A DNA stretch of 64,000 nt from contig JAZDDX010000010.1 in the NCBI GenBank assembly GCA_043809315.1, forward strand, positions 1 through 64,000. Direction: 5' to 3'. Origin of the DNA: Pseudomonadota bacterium. Its GTDB lineage: Bacteria; Bdellovibrionota_G; JALEGL01; DATDPG01. The notes below the pieces were generated by a model. That model saw nothing but the letters and a program-made list of their open reading frames with translations. It did no database searches and was not told where the DNA came from. The position numbers and the translations under genes were made by a program. This document shows, piece after piece, positions 28,191 through 38,409 of the stretch (position 1 is the first letter of the stretch; each line of letters begins with the position of its first letter).

Positions 28191-29140
28191 ACGCCGCGCT
28201 CAAGCGGAAGATGTTCCACTTAATGGCCAAGACTCGGGCGCTCGAAGAGCGCCTGCTCAAGATGGCGAAATCGGAAGACAGCCATTTCTGGATCGGAGGG
28301 CCCGGCGAGGAGGCGTTCCAGGTGGCCCTCGGTCTGCAGGTCAAGAAAGGACAGGGTCCCGAGTACGACTACCTCCACCTCCACTACCGGAGCGCCGGGG
28401 TGTTGGTCGCCATGGGACTCGGCATGGCCGATGCGATCCGCCATGCCGCCGCGAAAGCAACCGATCCGTTCACCGGAGGACGCGTGTTCTTAAACCACTA
28501 TGCGATTCCGAAGTGGAACGTTCTTCCGATCACCTCTCCGGTCCAGATTCAATTTTCGATCGCCCCCGGAACGGCGCTGGCACAACTCCGCCACGGAGGG
28601 GACGCCGCGACGATCGTCGTCGGCGGGGAGAGCGGCACGGCGGAAGCCGATTTCGCCACCTGCCTCAACTGGGCCAGCATCGCAGGCCAAGAGCTTCCCA
28701 TGCTCATGGTGATCACGAACAACCAGTACGGGATCTCGACTCCGATTGGTGAGCTCCGGGAAGAGCGGGCGATCGTCCAGCGGGCCGCGACGTACGGGAT
28801 TCACTGGGGGATCATCGACGGGAATGACCCCGTGGGATCGTACGAGGCGCTTGAAAAAGCGTTCCAGCATGTCCGGAAGACGCGCAAGCCGATCTGTCTG
28901 GAGGCGTTCGTCTCGCGTCTCCACGGACACTCCTCCTCGTCCGACACGACGTTTGATACGAAACAGGTCGATTGTTTAGCGAAGTTTGAAAGCGAGCTTG
29001 AGCGAGAGAAGATCCTAACGAAAAAGGAGTGTGCGGAGGTACGGAAGAAATACGAAGACGAGGCGTTCGAAGCTTTGAAGAAAGTGCGGGGAGAGCCGCA
29101 ACCGGACCCGGCGACCGTGATGAACCACATTTTCGCCTAA
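28187..29140 (+). CDS. 2-oxoacid dehydrogenase E1 alpha (probably branched-chain)
   Basis: ThDP motif variant GGESGTAE..NNQYGIS; RLHGHSSS. Confidence 0.88.
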   Translation: MNAALKRKMFHLMAKTRALEERLLKMAKSEDSHFWIGGPGEEAFQVALGLQVKKGQGPEYDYLHLHYRSAGVLVAMGLGMADAIRHAAAKATDPFTGGRVFLNHYAIPKWNVLPITSPVQIQFSIAPGTALAQLRHGGDAATIVVGGESGTAEADFATCLNWASIAGQELPMLMVITNNQYGISTPIGELREERAIVQRAATYGIHWGIIDGNDPVGSYEALEKAFQHVRKTRKPICLEAFVSRLHGHSSSSDTTFDTKQVDCLAKFESELEREKILTKKECAEVRKKYEDEAFEALKKVRGEPQPDPATVMNHIFA

Positions 29141-29143
29141 CCG

Positions 29144-30199
29144 ATGGCCACTCTTGCACAAGCGATCCGCCTTGCTCTTCACGTCGGGGAGACCCGTCTG
29201 GGGGTCCAAGAGATCTTCGGGGAGGATGTCGGTCCGCCGCTCGGCGGAGTCTTCACCTGTACCCAGGGGTTGAAGACCGCCTGGAACACGCCGCTCGACG
29301 AACGAGGGATCGTCGGAATGGCGCTCGGTCTTGCGCTGGCCGGGTCGCGCCCCGTCGCGGAGATCCAGTTTTCCGATTACATCTTCAACACGATCGATTT
29401 GATGAAGCTCGTCGGGAACACCCGCTGGTGTTCCCATGGGGCGTTCGAGGTGCCTTTGGTCCTGATGACCCCCTGCGGAGGGGGGATCCATGGCGGCCCC
29501 TACCATTCGCACTCGTTCGAGGCGATGGCGACGCACATCCCGGGATGGAAGATCGTCCTTCCGTCCACCCCTCTCGATGCGTACGGTCTCATGATCTCCT
29601 CGATCAAGGACCCGAATCCGGTTCTCTTCCTGATCCCGAAGGCGCTTCTCCGAAGCCCGGGGGACGAGAAGATCCCGGGGGAGCCGGACGATCCGAAAGA
29701 GTTGGCCGTCATGATCAACGCCCCGATCGGAGACCGGAGCCGGTGGAAACCGAAGTGGCCCAAACTTCCCGATTTCGAGATCTCGATCGGGCCGGCGAAG
29801 ACAGTCCGCACCGGGGAGCATGTGACCGTCGTCACGTACGGCCGGATGGTCCAAGCCTGCACGAATGCCGCTGACCGAACGGCGGCCGATCGGGTGACCT
29901 GCGACGTGATCGATCTCCGGACGATCTTCCCGTACGACTTCGATGCGATCCGGGCGTCGGTGGAAAAGACCGGGAGGGTCCTTGTCGTCAACGAGGATAC
30001 CGAGGTGACGAACTTCGGCGAACACCTGATCCGCCGGATCGTTGAGGAGTGTTTTTACAAACTGAAAGCCCCGCCCCGTCTTTTGGCCGGACTCAATACG
30101 CCGTGCGTGGCGATGGCTTGGAGCCTGGAACGGGCACAGATCCCGCAGCCGATCGATATCGAGAAAGCGATCCGAGAGATCGCCGGAATTGAACCGTAG
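29144..30199 (+). CDS. 2-oxoacid dehydrogenase E1 beta
   Basis: FGEDVG..GGVF, NTPLDE, AEIQFSDY, YHSHS, VIDLRTI. Confidence 0.92.
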   Translation: MATLAQAIRLALHVGETRLGVQEIFGEDVGPPLGGVFTCTQGLKTAWNTPLDERGIVGMALGLALAGSRPVAEIQFSDYIFNTIDLMKLVGNTRWCSHGAFEVPLVLMTPCGGGIHGGPYHSHSFEAMATHIPGWKIVLPSTPLDAYGLMISSIKDPNPVLFLIPKALLRSPGDEKIPGEPDDPKELAVMINAPIGDRSRWKPKWPKLPDFEISIGPAKTVRTGEHVTVVTYGRMVQACTNAADRTAADRVTCDVIDLRTIFPYDFDAIRASVEKTGRVLVVNEDTEVTNFGEHLIRRIVEECFYKLKAPPRLLAGLNTPCVAMAWSLERAQIPQPIDIEKAIREIAGIEP

Positions 30200-30223
30200 C
30201 CTCTTTCGCTCTAGACTCTGTTC

Positions 30224-30577
30224 ATGATCGCATACCTTCTCCTGGGCGTTGCCGCCGGTGTCTTCGCGGGGTTCTTTGGTCTCGGCGGAGGAATCATTCT
30301 CGTCCCCGCCCTCTTCTGGCTCTTCCAGATGAGCCAACACCAAGCCCAAGGGATGTCGCTGGTCGCGCTCATTCTCCCGGTCGGGATTCTCGGCGCCTGG
30401 ACCTACTACCGGGCGAACCCGTTTCCGATCAAACCGGCCCTGATCCTGGCACTCGGTCTATTCATTGGCGCCTATTTCGGCGGCCTGCTGGCCCAACAGG
30501 TTCCCGAAAAGAACCTCCGGATCGCGTTCGGAGTTCTCCTAGTTGTCGTAGGTCTGAAAACGATCTGGGGAAGATGA
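30224..30577 (+). CDS. Half-size TauE/SafE (TSUP) family membrane protein
   Basis: GFFGLGGGIILVP and AQGMSL motifs; 117 aa. Confidence 0.85.
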   Translation: MIAYLLLGVAAGVFAGFFGLGGGIILVPALFWLFQMSQHQAQGMSLVALILPVGILGAWTYYRANPFPIKPALILALGLFIGAYFGGLLAQQVPEKNLRIAFGVLLVVVGLKTIWGR

Positions 30578-30592
30578 GCGAACGATTCGACG

Positions 30593-31022
30593 CTACTTCT
30601 TGGTAATCCGCTCGGCGTTCCGGGCGTCGCGGACGAGATCGGGGTTCTTCGGGGCGAGCTCGGCGGCGCGTTTCAAATGCTCGACCGCCTCCCCCTGGCG
30701 AACGGTCCCCTGCAGGAACTTCCCAAGGTGCGACGCCGCGATCGGGTCCTCCGGTTCCATCCCCCGGGCCCGACGAAGGATCTCCTCGGCCGACTTCACG
30801 TTCCGTTCCGGGTTCAGGTGGTAGGCCGCCCACCCGAGGTGCGCGACGTACGACGGCTTTCGCGTATCGATGTCGATCGCGTATTCGAAGAACTCGATCG
30901 CTTGTCCCATTCGTCACCTCCCCTTTGGAGACCTCGAGCTTCCCGGTTACACGGGTCCGAACCAACTCCCAGAGGAGTTGGGGAAACAGGGTCTGGGAGC
31001 AATCTCCCTTTATGTTTCTCAG
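30593..31022 (-). pseudogene. Internally deleted DUF4388...TPR gene; TPR part (30593-30910) may still be translated
   Basis: 5' part reads IKGDCSQTLFPQLLWELVRTRVTGKLEVSKGEV and joins out of frame to a 105-aa TPR ORF. Confidence 0.6.
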
Positions 31023-31525
31023 GCTGGTTTCTGCAAGGCATCGACGCTGAAGGAGAACGTGCAATCGACGTCCTGCGTGGAGATCCGGCCGGTCATTCGT
31101 TCCTCTCCCGTCCCCTTAAAACTCGTCGCATCGGTAAAGTTGCCATTCAGATGAACCATCCGGAGGATATTGTCGGCTCCTTCCACGGTGACCACCGCCG
31201 CTCCGCCGACCTCGAACCGACTATCGATCTGAATCCCCCCTCGAAGCGTGACGGAGTCGAGCGACGCGAGCGTGAGCGCTCCGTCTTCCTGCGTGACGAC
31301 GACATCGACTTGGCTGACCTTCCCCACCACCGGCACGTCGAGTGCCGCGACGTTCGCGCACCCGGCCGACGTGATCGTCACTCGCACGGTATAGGTGGCC
31401 GTATAGCCGTTTCCCGCGGCATTTCCCGCCGGGATCGAAACGACATCCCCGAACTCGATCGTCCCTCCTCCGCAACTCAGAACGATCCCGAATAGCCCGA
31501 ATGTCAACCAACGAAGAGTCTTCAT
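31019..31525 (-). CDS. Hypothetical lipoprotein
   Basis: Signal peptide with VLSC lipobox; beta-rich body. Confidence 0.7.
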   Translation of the reverse strand: MKTLRWLTFGLFGIVLSCGGGTIEFGDVVSIPAGNAAGNGYTATYTVRVTITSAGCANVAALDVPVVGKVSQVDVVVTQEDGALTLASLDSVTLRGGIQIDSRFEVGGAAVVTVEGADNILRMVHLNGNFTDATSFKGTGEERMTGRISTQDVDCTFSFSVDALQKPA

Positions 31526-31577
31526 GGGAAAACCGTAAATTTGGCGCGGCCCAATGTAAAGGAGATTAGGGACGCCC

Positions 31578-32000
31578 CTACTCGCCGATCATTTGGATCA
31601 GCAGCTCCCGTGTGCGGGAAGCGGTGTCAAAATCGATCACCACCAGCTGCTGCCAGCGTCCCAGGCTCGGCACTCCGTCGTTGAACGGCACGGTTACCGA
31701 ATGTCCCTGCAGCTGTCCCCGGAGATGGCTGTGACCGTTCGTTTCCCCCGCATTGCGGACGTTGTGTTGTAAACCGCGATCACTCGGGATCATCCTCTCC
31801 CAGGCCGCGATCGTGTCCGCCCGAATCCCCGGTTCATCCTCGATGATCATCACGGAGGCGGTGGTGTGCTTCACGAAGACCGTGAAGATCCCCCACCTAA
31901 GTCCGCTTCCTGCCACGGTTTCCTGCACAAGCTTCGTGATGTTCACGATCTGCCCCGCCCCGGCCATTTCCAGCCTAAGCGGCACGCTCTTGACTGTCAT
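31578..32000 (-). CDS. YjbQ (UPF0047) family protein
   Basis: HTTAS, NGHSHLR and LGRWQ motifs. Confidence 0.9.
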   Translation of the reverse strand: MTVKSVPLRLEMAGAGQIVNITKLVQETVAGSGLRWGIFTVFVKHTTASVMIIEDEPGIRADTIAAWERMIPSDRGLQHNVRNAGETNGHSHLRGQLQGHSVTVPFNDGVPSLGRWQQLVVIDFDTASRTRELLIQMIGE

Positions 32001-32875
32001 GCGACCCCCGTTCGAAGTCCGCGCAACATCCGCACCTCGTTGGCGGTGAGAACCCTTCCCCTCGCCTCCGCCAAGATCCCGTCGAACCGCCCCTCGGCCG
32101 CCATCTCCCGCAACGTCGAAACCACCGTTTCGCTCAGAATCCCCTCCTGCGTGAGTTCCGCGAGGTACGCGAACGCCTCCGACAGCGTCTCCTTTTGGCG
32201 GGTGTAATAGTCGCTGCCGCGTTGCCGGTTGTTGTACGCCTCGAACTGCTCACAGGCGACGAGGATCTCTCCAAGCTGCCGCACCCAGGGCTTCACGTTC
32301 GAGAGCTTCTCCGGGTAGTAGTAGTACAGCATCACGATTTCCATCCAGGGTTTCCATCGAATCCCCATCCGGGTGAGCTGTGGTCGAATCGATCGAAGAC
32401 AGCGGCCGAGCCGCCCGGCGTACCCCAACCTCATCTCCACCTGCTCGCAGGCCCACTCGTCCATGACGATTCCCGCCGCCGCAAGTTCCGCCCCGTAGCG
32501 GACGATGAATGCTTCTGTCTCGTGTCCGTACGGCGTGTGCGGATGGACGGCCCGCCATTCCCTCGGACGCGTGGGGATTTCCCGTTCCCTCGCCCATGAC
32601 CAGATCTCCCCGAAGAGCTTCCGGTCGAGACCGGCCCTTCCCAGGTCATGGAGGAGACATGCGATCTGAAAATGCGTCACCCGATCGGCATCGTGCCCGA
32701 GACGCAGAGCCACGTCGGCGCAAAGGCGAGCCGTTCGCAAGGCGTGAAAACGGTCGTAGCCGCGGATCATCTTCCCAGGCCGGCGCGGGTCGGGATAATC
32801 GTAGAGCTTCAGCAGCTGGCGAGCCAGCGGCTTGGGTATGAGAAGCGGTGTTTTTCGGTCGAATCGATGAGGCAT
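31997..32875 (-). CDS. HD-domain protein, atypical
   Basis: H..RTA and LLHDLGR motifs; C-terminus resembles an HD-GYP tail. Confidence 0.7.
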   Translation of the reverse strand: MPHRFDRKTPLLIPKPLARQLLKLYDYPDPRRPGKMIRGYDRFHALRTARLCADVALRLGHDADRVTHFQIACLLHDLGRAGLDRKLFGEIWSWAREREIPTRPREWRAVHPHTPYGHETEAFIVRYGAELAAAGIVMDEWACEQVEMRLGYAGRLGRCLRSIRPQLTRMGIRWKPWMEIVMLYYYYPEKLSNVKPWVRQLGEILVACEQFEAYNNRQRGSDYYTRQKETLSEAFAYLAELTQEGILSETVVSTLREMAAEGRFDGILAEARGRVLTANEVRMLRGLRTGVA

Positions 32876-32980
32876 CCGAGCTTCCGGGGGGGGATTTGTC
32901 TATCATTGGCCGTGCGCCGTGTCAACCCACCCCTTTTTGCTGCCGCGAAACCCCCGAAAGCCGCTATCATCGGCCCCCCT

Positions 32981-34018
32981 ATGCCTACCGACGACATCAT
33001 CGATCTTCGAAGCGATACGGTCACGCGACCGACCCAAGCCATGTTCCGAGCCATGACGGAGGCAGAGCTCGGCGATGACGTTCTCGGAGACGATCCGACC
33101 GTGATTCGCCTGCAAGAGAAGGTTGCATCGCTTCTGGGAAAAGAGGCAGGGCTCTTCGTCCCTTCCGGGACAATGGCGAATCAGATCGCCATTCGGACAC
33201 AGACCGAAGCCGGCGACGAGGTCATCATGGAGGCGAGCGCCCACCCGTTCCTCTTTGAGTCGGGTGCCTTGGGCGGGATCTGCGGCGTGCAGGCCAATCT
33301 TCTTCCCGGACGACGTGGGTTGTTGGAAGCGGCTCAAATCGAGGCTGCGATTCGCCCGCGTGCGGCTCATTTCCCTCCGAGCCGACTGATCCTCCTGGAG
33401 AACACGCACAACCAAGGGGGGGGCACGGTCTGGTCGCTGGAAAAGATCCGTGAGATCCGCGCCGTCGCCGACCGTCACGATCTCCGGATGCACATGGACG
33501 GCGCTCGATTGTGGAACGCCTGTATCGCGTCGGGACGGCCCCCCCGAGAGTTCGCCGAACCGTTCGACAGCGTCTCCGTATGCCTTTCCAAAGGGCTCGG
33601 CGCGCCGGTCGGATCGGTCGTCGCCGGATCTCGGAGTTTCATCGACCGAGCCCGCCGTTTCCGGAAGATGTTCGGAGGGGCCATGCGACAGTCAGGGATT
33701 CTGGCGGCCGCCGGGATCTATGCCCTCGATCATCACTACGAACGTCTCCGAGAGGATCACGAGAGCGCCCAACAATTTGCCCACGAGCTTGCGAAAATCC
33801 GAAAGATTCGGATCGATCCCCGGGAGGTGGAGACCAACCTGGTCTTCTTCGGCATCGAGGGACGAACACCCCAATGGGTGGAGCAGGAACTGAAGAGTCG
33901 GGGGGTTTGGCTCTTTGCGGAGCGCCCCGGGGACGTGCGCGCCGTCACCCATCTGGATGTCGATCGTGCAAAGATCGACCGAGCCCTCTCCATCATCGCC
34001 GAAGTCGCGGCCCGATGA
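32981..34018 (+). CDS. ltaE: Low-specificity L-threonine aldolase
   Basis: [35 protein letters not shown]. Confidence 0.95.
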   Translation: MPTDDIIDLRSDTVTRPTQAMFRAMTEAELGDDVLGDDPTVIRLQEKVASLLGKEAGLFVPSGTMANQIAIRTQTEAGDEVIMEASAHPFLFESGALGGICGVQANLLPGRRGLLEAAQIEAAIRPRAAHFPPSRLILLENTHNQGGGTVWSLEKIREIRAVADRHDLRMHMDGARLWNACIASGRPPREFAEPFDSVSVCLSKGLGAPVGSVVAGSRSFIDRARRFRKMFGGAMRQSGILAAAGIYALDHHYERLREDHESAQQFAHELAKIRKIRIDPREVETNLVFFGIEGRTPQWVEQELKSRGVWLFAERPGDVRAVTHLDVDRAKIDRALSIIAEVAAR

Positions 34019-34803
34019 CCAAGCTCAAGATGAAACTCGGCGAGCTTCTCGTCGAAGCGGGGCTGGCAAACCGTCGGGAGATCGACAACGCACTTCAGGC
34101 CCAGCTGATCTTCGGCGACCGCCTGGGAACCAACCTGATCGAACTCGGAGTGATCGACGCCGACACGTTAGCCGGCTTTCTCTCCCGCCAGTTCGGCGTT
34201 CCGCGCGTGACGCGCGAGGAGTTCGAGGGAATTTCCGGTGAGATCATCTGCCTCATCCCCCATCCCGCCGCCGCGCGCCTTTGTCTCGTCCCCCTTCGTA
34301 AAGAGAACGGACGTCTCGTCGTCGCGATGCTCGACCCGGGGGAGCAGCGGATCCTCGACCGGATCGCCAAGAACGTCGGGATGCCGGTCGAACCGCGCGT
34401 CGCAACCGAATTGGAGATCCGATATTACCTCGAGCAGTATTACAAGATCCCGCGGGAGGCGCGCCAGATCGCCCTGATGAGAGCGGGACTCGGACGCCGA
34501 GAGATGGGGGAGCCGTCGTTTCGGAATCTCGCCAAACATCTCGACCGTCATGGAACCGCTGCAGAGACAATTCGATTCTACTTCGACGAGATCCGTTCCC
34601 TCGATCGGATCCCGGTTCGGAACACGGCGCACGACTTACGAAAATACGACCTCACCCCTGAGCTGACGTTCGTCCTCCATCACATTGACGGTTATTCGAG
34701 CCTCCGGGAAATCCTGATGGCGAGTGTCTTCTCCCGAATTGCCACGCTCCAGGCGATCGTGTACTTCGCCAAGATCGCTCTCGTCCGTTTCGAGGAGGTA
34801 TGA
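34015..34803 (+). CDS. Stand-alone MshEN / GspE-N domain protein (no ATPase domain)
   Basis: [16 protein letters not shown] and [24 protein letters not shown]. Confidence 0.85.
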   Translation: MTKLKMKLGELLVEAGLANRREIDNALQAQLIFGDRLGTNLIELGVIDADTLAGFLSRQFGVPRVTREEFEGISGEIICLIPHPAAARLCLVPLRKENGRLVVAMLDPGEQRILDRIAKNVGMPVEPRVATELEIRYYLEQYYKIPREARQIALMRAGLGRREMGEPSFRNLAKHLDRHGTAAETIRFYFDEIRSLDRIPVRNTAHDLRKYDLTPELTFVLHHIDGYSSLREILMASVFSRIATLQAIVYFAKIALVRFEEV

Positions 34804-34804
34804 A

Positions 34805-35296
34805 ATGAAATTCGCGGCAGCCGTCTTTCTGTTGATCTCCGGAGCCGTCTGGGCCGCCCCCGCGACGATCTCCGAGAAGGTCGAGAGTGTCGAAAAACAG
34901 CTCCGGACGTTCGACTGTCCGTTTCTGATTCAGGCATACCACCCGACCGATCCGAAGGTGAGCCAGCTCGGGTTTTGCCTCTACCCTCTCTCCGTCACGC
35001 AGGGGATCTTCGCTCAGACCGCCTGCGTCGGGGTTTTGGTCGAACCGGACACCGGTACCCGAAACGCCTTCTACGGGCGGAACGGTCACTGGGGGATCGA
35101 GGGGATGTGCGAAAAATCCGCGATTCGGAAGAAGTTCGAAGATCCCGAGATCGACAAGACGGTGAACCCGATCACCTCCCTCCGGATCAAACGACAGGAA
35201 GGGATCAAACTCAAACTCCTTCGCGACGATTTCGGCATCTGGGATCTTTTCATGAAACGGACGGAACCGGCCCAGGTCGCGGGCAAACGAAAATGA
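34805..35296 (+). CDS. Hypothetical secreted protein
   Basis: MKFAAAVFLLISGAVWA signal; four Cys; GGAGG RBS. Confidence 0.7.
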   Translation: MKFAAAVFLLISGAVWAAPATISEKVESVEKQLRTFDCPFLIQAYHPTDPKVSQLGFCLYPLSVTQGIFAQTACVGVLVEPDTGTRNAFYGRNGHWGIEGMCEKSAIRKKFEDPEIDKTVNPITSLRIKRQEGIKLKLLRDDFGIWDLFMKRTEPAQVAGKRK

Positions 35297-35386
35297 ACGT
35301 CCGGCCGTGGGACAAAGACGGGGCAAAACTCTCGCCCCTTGTCTCATGTGACGACATTTAATTGGTTGGTTTTATTGGATATATTT

Positions 35387-35402
35387 TGGCACACCCCCTG
35401 CA
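35387..35402 (+). promoter_or_regulatory. Sigma54 -24/-12 promoter candidate
   Basis: TGGCAC-ACCCC-CTGCA after an AT-rich tract. Confidence 0.6.
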
Positions 35403-35430
35403 CAATCTCGCCGGATTCCAAGGAGATGAC

Positions 35431-36063
35431 ATGAAGAACGTTCTTGCCCTATGGGTCGTCGGCCTCATCCTCGCTCCGGGCAGCCTGCTCGCCCAAAACG
35501 AAACGTTTTCTTGTCAGCTCAACCATCCGGAAAAGGTGAATGTCAAAGAAGCGCGAGCTTTGGCCGCCGGCTACCTTTTGGCGGAGTTCGATGCTCAGGC
35601 AAAGGTCGAGAAAGATCCGCTCAATCAGTTGGACCTCGATTCGATCCGGAACGACCTGAAATCAGGCCAGGGAGACTGGCCGGACGCGGAGGAAGATGAC
35701 GGACAGGAGTTGTTCGACCAAGTAATGGAGATCACGACCGTTCTCGCAGATTATCCGGACACGGTAGTCGACATGAACAAGGTTCCGGACGATTTCCACG
35801 ATCACGATTACTGTGTTCCCCTTTCGTTTCTGAAAGCTCTTTTGACCGATCGAATGAAGATGGCGACGACGGAACGAGACCTGGCCAGACTTCAACAGGA
35901 AGTTGAAAACACAGGGATTTTAATCGGCAGCCGGACCTGGCGGGAGGTCTGCACCTTCGAGGACCAGGATCAAGGGTGCATGATTTACACCGCAGGCCGG
36001 GAGCGGCTTAAGGATGCAGTACAGCCGATGTTCGATCGGTTCCCGTTCGAAACCTTTAACTAA
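35431..36063 (+). CDS. Hypothetical acidic secreted protein
   Basis: AGGAG RBS; MKNVLALWVVGLILAPGSLLA signal. Confidence 0.75.
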   Translation: MKNVLALWVVGLILAPGSLLAQNETFSCQLNHPEKVNVKEARALAAGYLLAEFDAQAKVEKDPLNQLDLDSIRNDLKSGQGDWPDAEEDDGQELFDQVMEITTVLADYPDTVVDMNKVPDDFHDHDYCVPLSFLKALLTDRMKMATTERDLARLQQEVENTGILIGSRTWREVCTFEDQDQGCMIYTAGRERLKDAVQPMFDRFPFETFN

Positions 36064-36071
36064 GAAATTCG

Positions 36072-36557
36072 TTACTCCCGGTAGTTCGTGAACTGAAGCG
36101 GAAGGGGGTACTCCTTGCTGCGGAGGAGAGCGATCGCGTCCTGGAGGTCGTCCTTCTTCTTCCCGCTGACCCGGACGCTGTCCCCCTGGATCGCCACTTG
36201 GACCTTGAGCTTGGAATCCTTGATCTCTTTCACCAACTGCCGTGCGAGCTCGATCTCGATCCCGTCTTTGAGGTCGATCGTCTGTCGCGCCCTTCCCTTG
36301 GCCGATGGCTCGATCTTGCCGGGGTTGAGACTCTTCAAATTCACGCCGCGCTTGACGAGCTTCGTCTGAAAGACGTCGAGCGCCGCCTTTACCTTGTAGT
36401 CATCCGCCGAGTCGAGCGTCACTTTCTTCTCTTCCCGGACCAGCGTCGTATCGGTTCCCTTGAAATCGAACCGCTGGGTGAGTTCCTTCACCGCCTGCAT
36501 GACGGCGTTGTCGACTTCGTTGAAATCGAGTTTTGAGACGACATCAAAGGAAGGCAT
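36072..36557 (-). CDS. yajQ: YajQ family nucleotide/c-di-GMP-binding protein
   Basis: MPSFDVVS, RFDFKG, RVSGKKKDDLQ, QFTNYRE. Confidence 0.96.
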   Translation of the reverse strand: MPSFDVVSKLDFNEVDNAVMQAVKELTQRFDFKGTDTTLVREEKKVTLDSADDYKVKAALDVFQTKLVKRGVNLKSLNPGKIEPSAKGRARQTIDLKDGIEIELARQLVKEIKDSKLKVQVAIQGDSVRVSGKKKDDLQDAIALLRSKEYPLPLQFTNYRE

Positions 36558-36571
36558 GTTGGCAGAGAATC

Positions 36572-37060
36572 TTAATTAAAGGTGTTCCGGTGATCCAGAT
36601 AGATCCGTCCGCTCCCGACCTTTACTTTGTCCTCGAAAATCTGGAGCTTCAGGTAGTAATAAATCGTCGACCCGCCCACATATTGGTCGTACTGCGGATC
36701 GAGCTTCGCGGAGATTCGCACCCTCGGGTCGATACCGTCCGGAAAGCGGCAGGTACTGCTTTTGAACTTGAAACTGTCGATCTCTTCGATCACAAACGCA
36801 CAATCCAAGTCGTTGTGCCGAACGGAGCGGAGTACGTCCTTGAGATTCATCCAACCGGAGAAACCGACGGTTTGAACCGGTTCCTTTTTGGCCTTATCTG
36901 CCTGGTGAATGGGCGCACTGAACGTGATCCGGACGGAAACGGTCTGACGATTGCCCAAATCGATGTCAACTAACGCCTTATCATCTGCCAGCAATAAGGC
37001 AGGCGATAGGGTCGAAAATATGGCAACCACCAGTCCCGGGGTCAGCTGTCGTGAGGCCAT
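36572..37060 (-). CDS. Hypothetical secreted protein
   Basis: Signal-like N-terminus; 162 aa. Confidence 0.6.
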   Translation of the reverse strand: MASRQLTPGLVVAIFSTLSPALLLADDKALVDIDLGNRQTVSVRITFSAPIHQADKAKKEPVQTVGFSGWMNLKDVLRSVRHNDLDCAFVIEEIDSFKFKSSTCRFPDGIDPRVRISAKLDPQYDQYVGGSTIYYYLKLQIFEDKVKVGSGRIYLDHRNTFN

Positions 37061-37157
37061 GTCGGTGGGCCCTATACCTCATTTGGGCCAACGCGTCAAT
37101 GTCGGGTCGCGATCTCCGCTTGCCCCCCGAACCCGCGACCGCTAGGCTCCGCCCCTC

Positions 37158-37916
37158 ATGTTGATCGACCTGACAGGAAAAGTGGCGCTCGTGACCGGAG
37201 GTTCGCGCGGAATCGGCGCGGCGATCTCCCTCGCACTGGGCGGATCGGGGGCCCGCGTCGCGGCGAACTACATGAGCGATCACAGGTCAGCGCAGGCGTT
37301 TGCGCGAAAAATGCAGCAAAAAAAACTCGTCTCGTCTCTGGTTGCCGGAGATGTCGGGGATTTTCTCGAGGCGGAGTCGGTCGTCCGTCAGGTGATCGAC
37401 CGGTTCGGGCGGCTCGACATCGTCGTCAACAATGCCGGGATCTGGGAGCCGAACCCGATCGATCATCCTCGCTCGGAAGAGAGTTGGGATCGGATGATCC
37501 GGACCAACCTCAAAGGGGCGTTCAACATCTGCACCCATGCCCTTCCCTATCTCACCAAGGCGAAGGGAAGGATCGTCAACATCGCATCGACCGCCGGACA
37601 GCGGGGGGAACCGGCGTTCTCGCACTACGCAGCTTCCAAAGGTGGAGTGATCGCTTTCACGAAGTCGCTGGCAGCGGAACTGGGGCCGTATCAGGTTCTC
37701 GTCAACGCCGTCTCGCCCGGTTGGATCTGGACCGACATGTCGATGAAACACCTCTCGAAACCGGTGAACCGGAAAGAGGCGCTCCGGCAGATTCCGCTCG
37801 GGAAGTTCGGTCAGCCGGAGGATGTCGCGAACGCAGTTTTGTTTCTGGTCTCTCCTCTCGCCACGCACATCACCGGCGAGGTTTTGAACGTCAACGGCGG
37901 GTCGGTATTACAATAA
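37158..37916 (+). CDS. SDR family oxidoreductase (FabG-like)
   Basis: TGGSRGIG, NNAG, YAASK, NAVSPG. Confidence 0.92.
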   Translation: MLIDLTGKVALVTGGSRGIGAAISLALGGSGARVAANYMSDHRSAQAFARKMQQKKLVSSLVAGDVGDFLEAESVVRQVIDRFGRLDIVVNNAGIWEPNPIDHPRSEESWDRMIRTNLKGAFNICTHALPYLTKAKGRIVNIASTAGQRGEPAFSHYAASKGGVIAFTKSLAAELGPYQVLVNAVSPGWIWTDMSMKHLSKPVNRKEALRQIPLGKFGQPEDVANAVLFLVSPLATHITGEVLNVNGGSVLQ

Positions 37917-37974
37917 ACGCGTCCGGATTCCGGACCCCTCCCCTCTTCAGATCAAATAAAGGTGGGATTCAGTC

Positions 37975-37990
37975 TGGCATGATCCCTGCT
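37975..37990 (+). promoter_or_regulatory. Sigma54 -24/-12 promoter candidate
   Basis: TGGCAT-GATCC-CTGCT, 25 nt before the ATG of 38016. Confidence 0.55.
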
Positions 37991-38015
37991 TAGGGTTGTC
38001 GTAAGGAGATACCTC

Positions 38016-38396
38016 ATGATAGACGACCCGAAGATGCATTCCGGAGAAATAACTAACTCCATCCCCGTCAGCCAGCAGCAGTTTCACGCTGCAATGGGTG
38101 AAATCGACAAGCGGTTTGAAGCCCTGGATCAAAAGATCGACGACCGATTTGGAAGCCTCCGACATGAGATGATCGATGGCTTCGAAGCGTTCAGACAGGA
38201 GATGGCGAAACAGCACGAGGACTCCCGCCGCTATCTGGGAATCCTCCATGAAGAACTCCGGGACAAGATCGATATCGTTTTGGAACAGTCGGCCCCTTCC
38301 ACCGACCGAATTTCGGATCACGAGAGACGATTGAGCGCCGTAGAGACCGACGTAGCTGTCCTGAAACTCTCCGTTCGTTCCGGCCGGACGCGATAA
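38016..38396 (+). CDS. Small coiled-coil hypothetical protein
   Basis: AAGGAG RBS; IDKRFEALDQKIDDRF repeats; HERRLSAVE. Confidence 0.7.
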   Translation: MIDDPKMHSGEITNSIPVSQQQFHAAMGEIDKRFEALDQKIDDRFGSLRHEMIDGFEAFRQEMAKQHEDSRRYLGILHEELRDKIDIVLEQSAPSTDRISDHERRLSAVETDVAVLKLSVRSGRTR

Positions 38397-38409
38397 CACC
38401 GGCCTCAGT

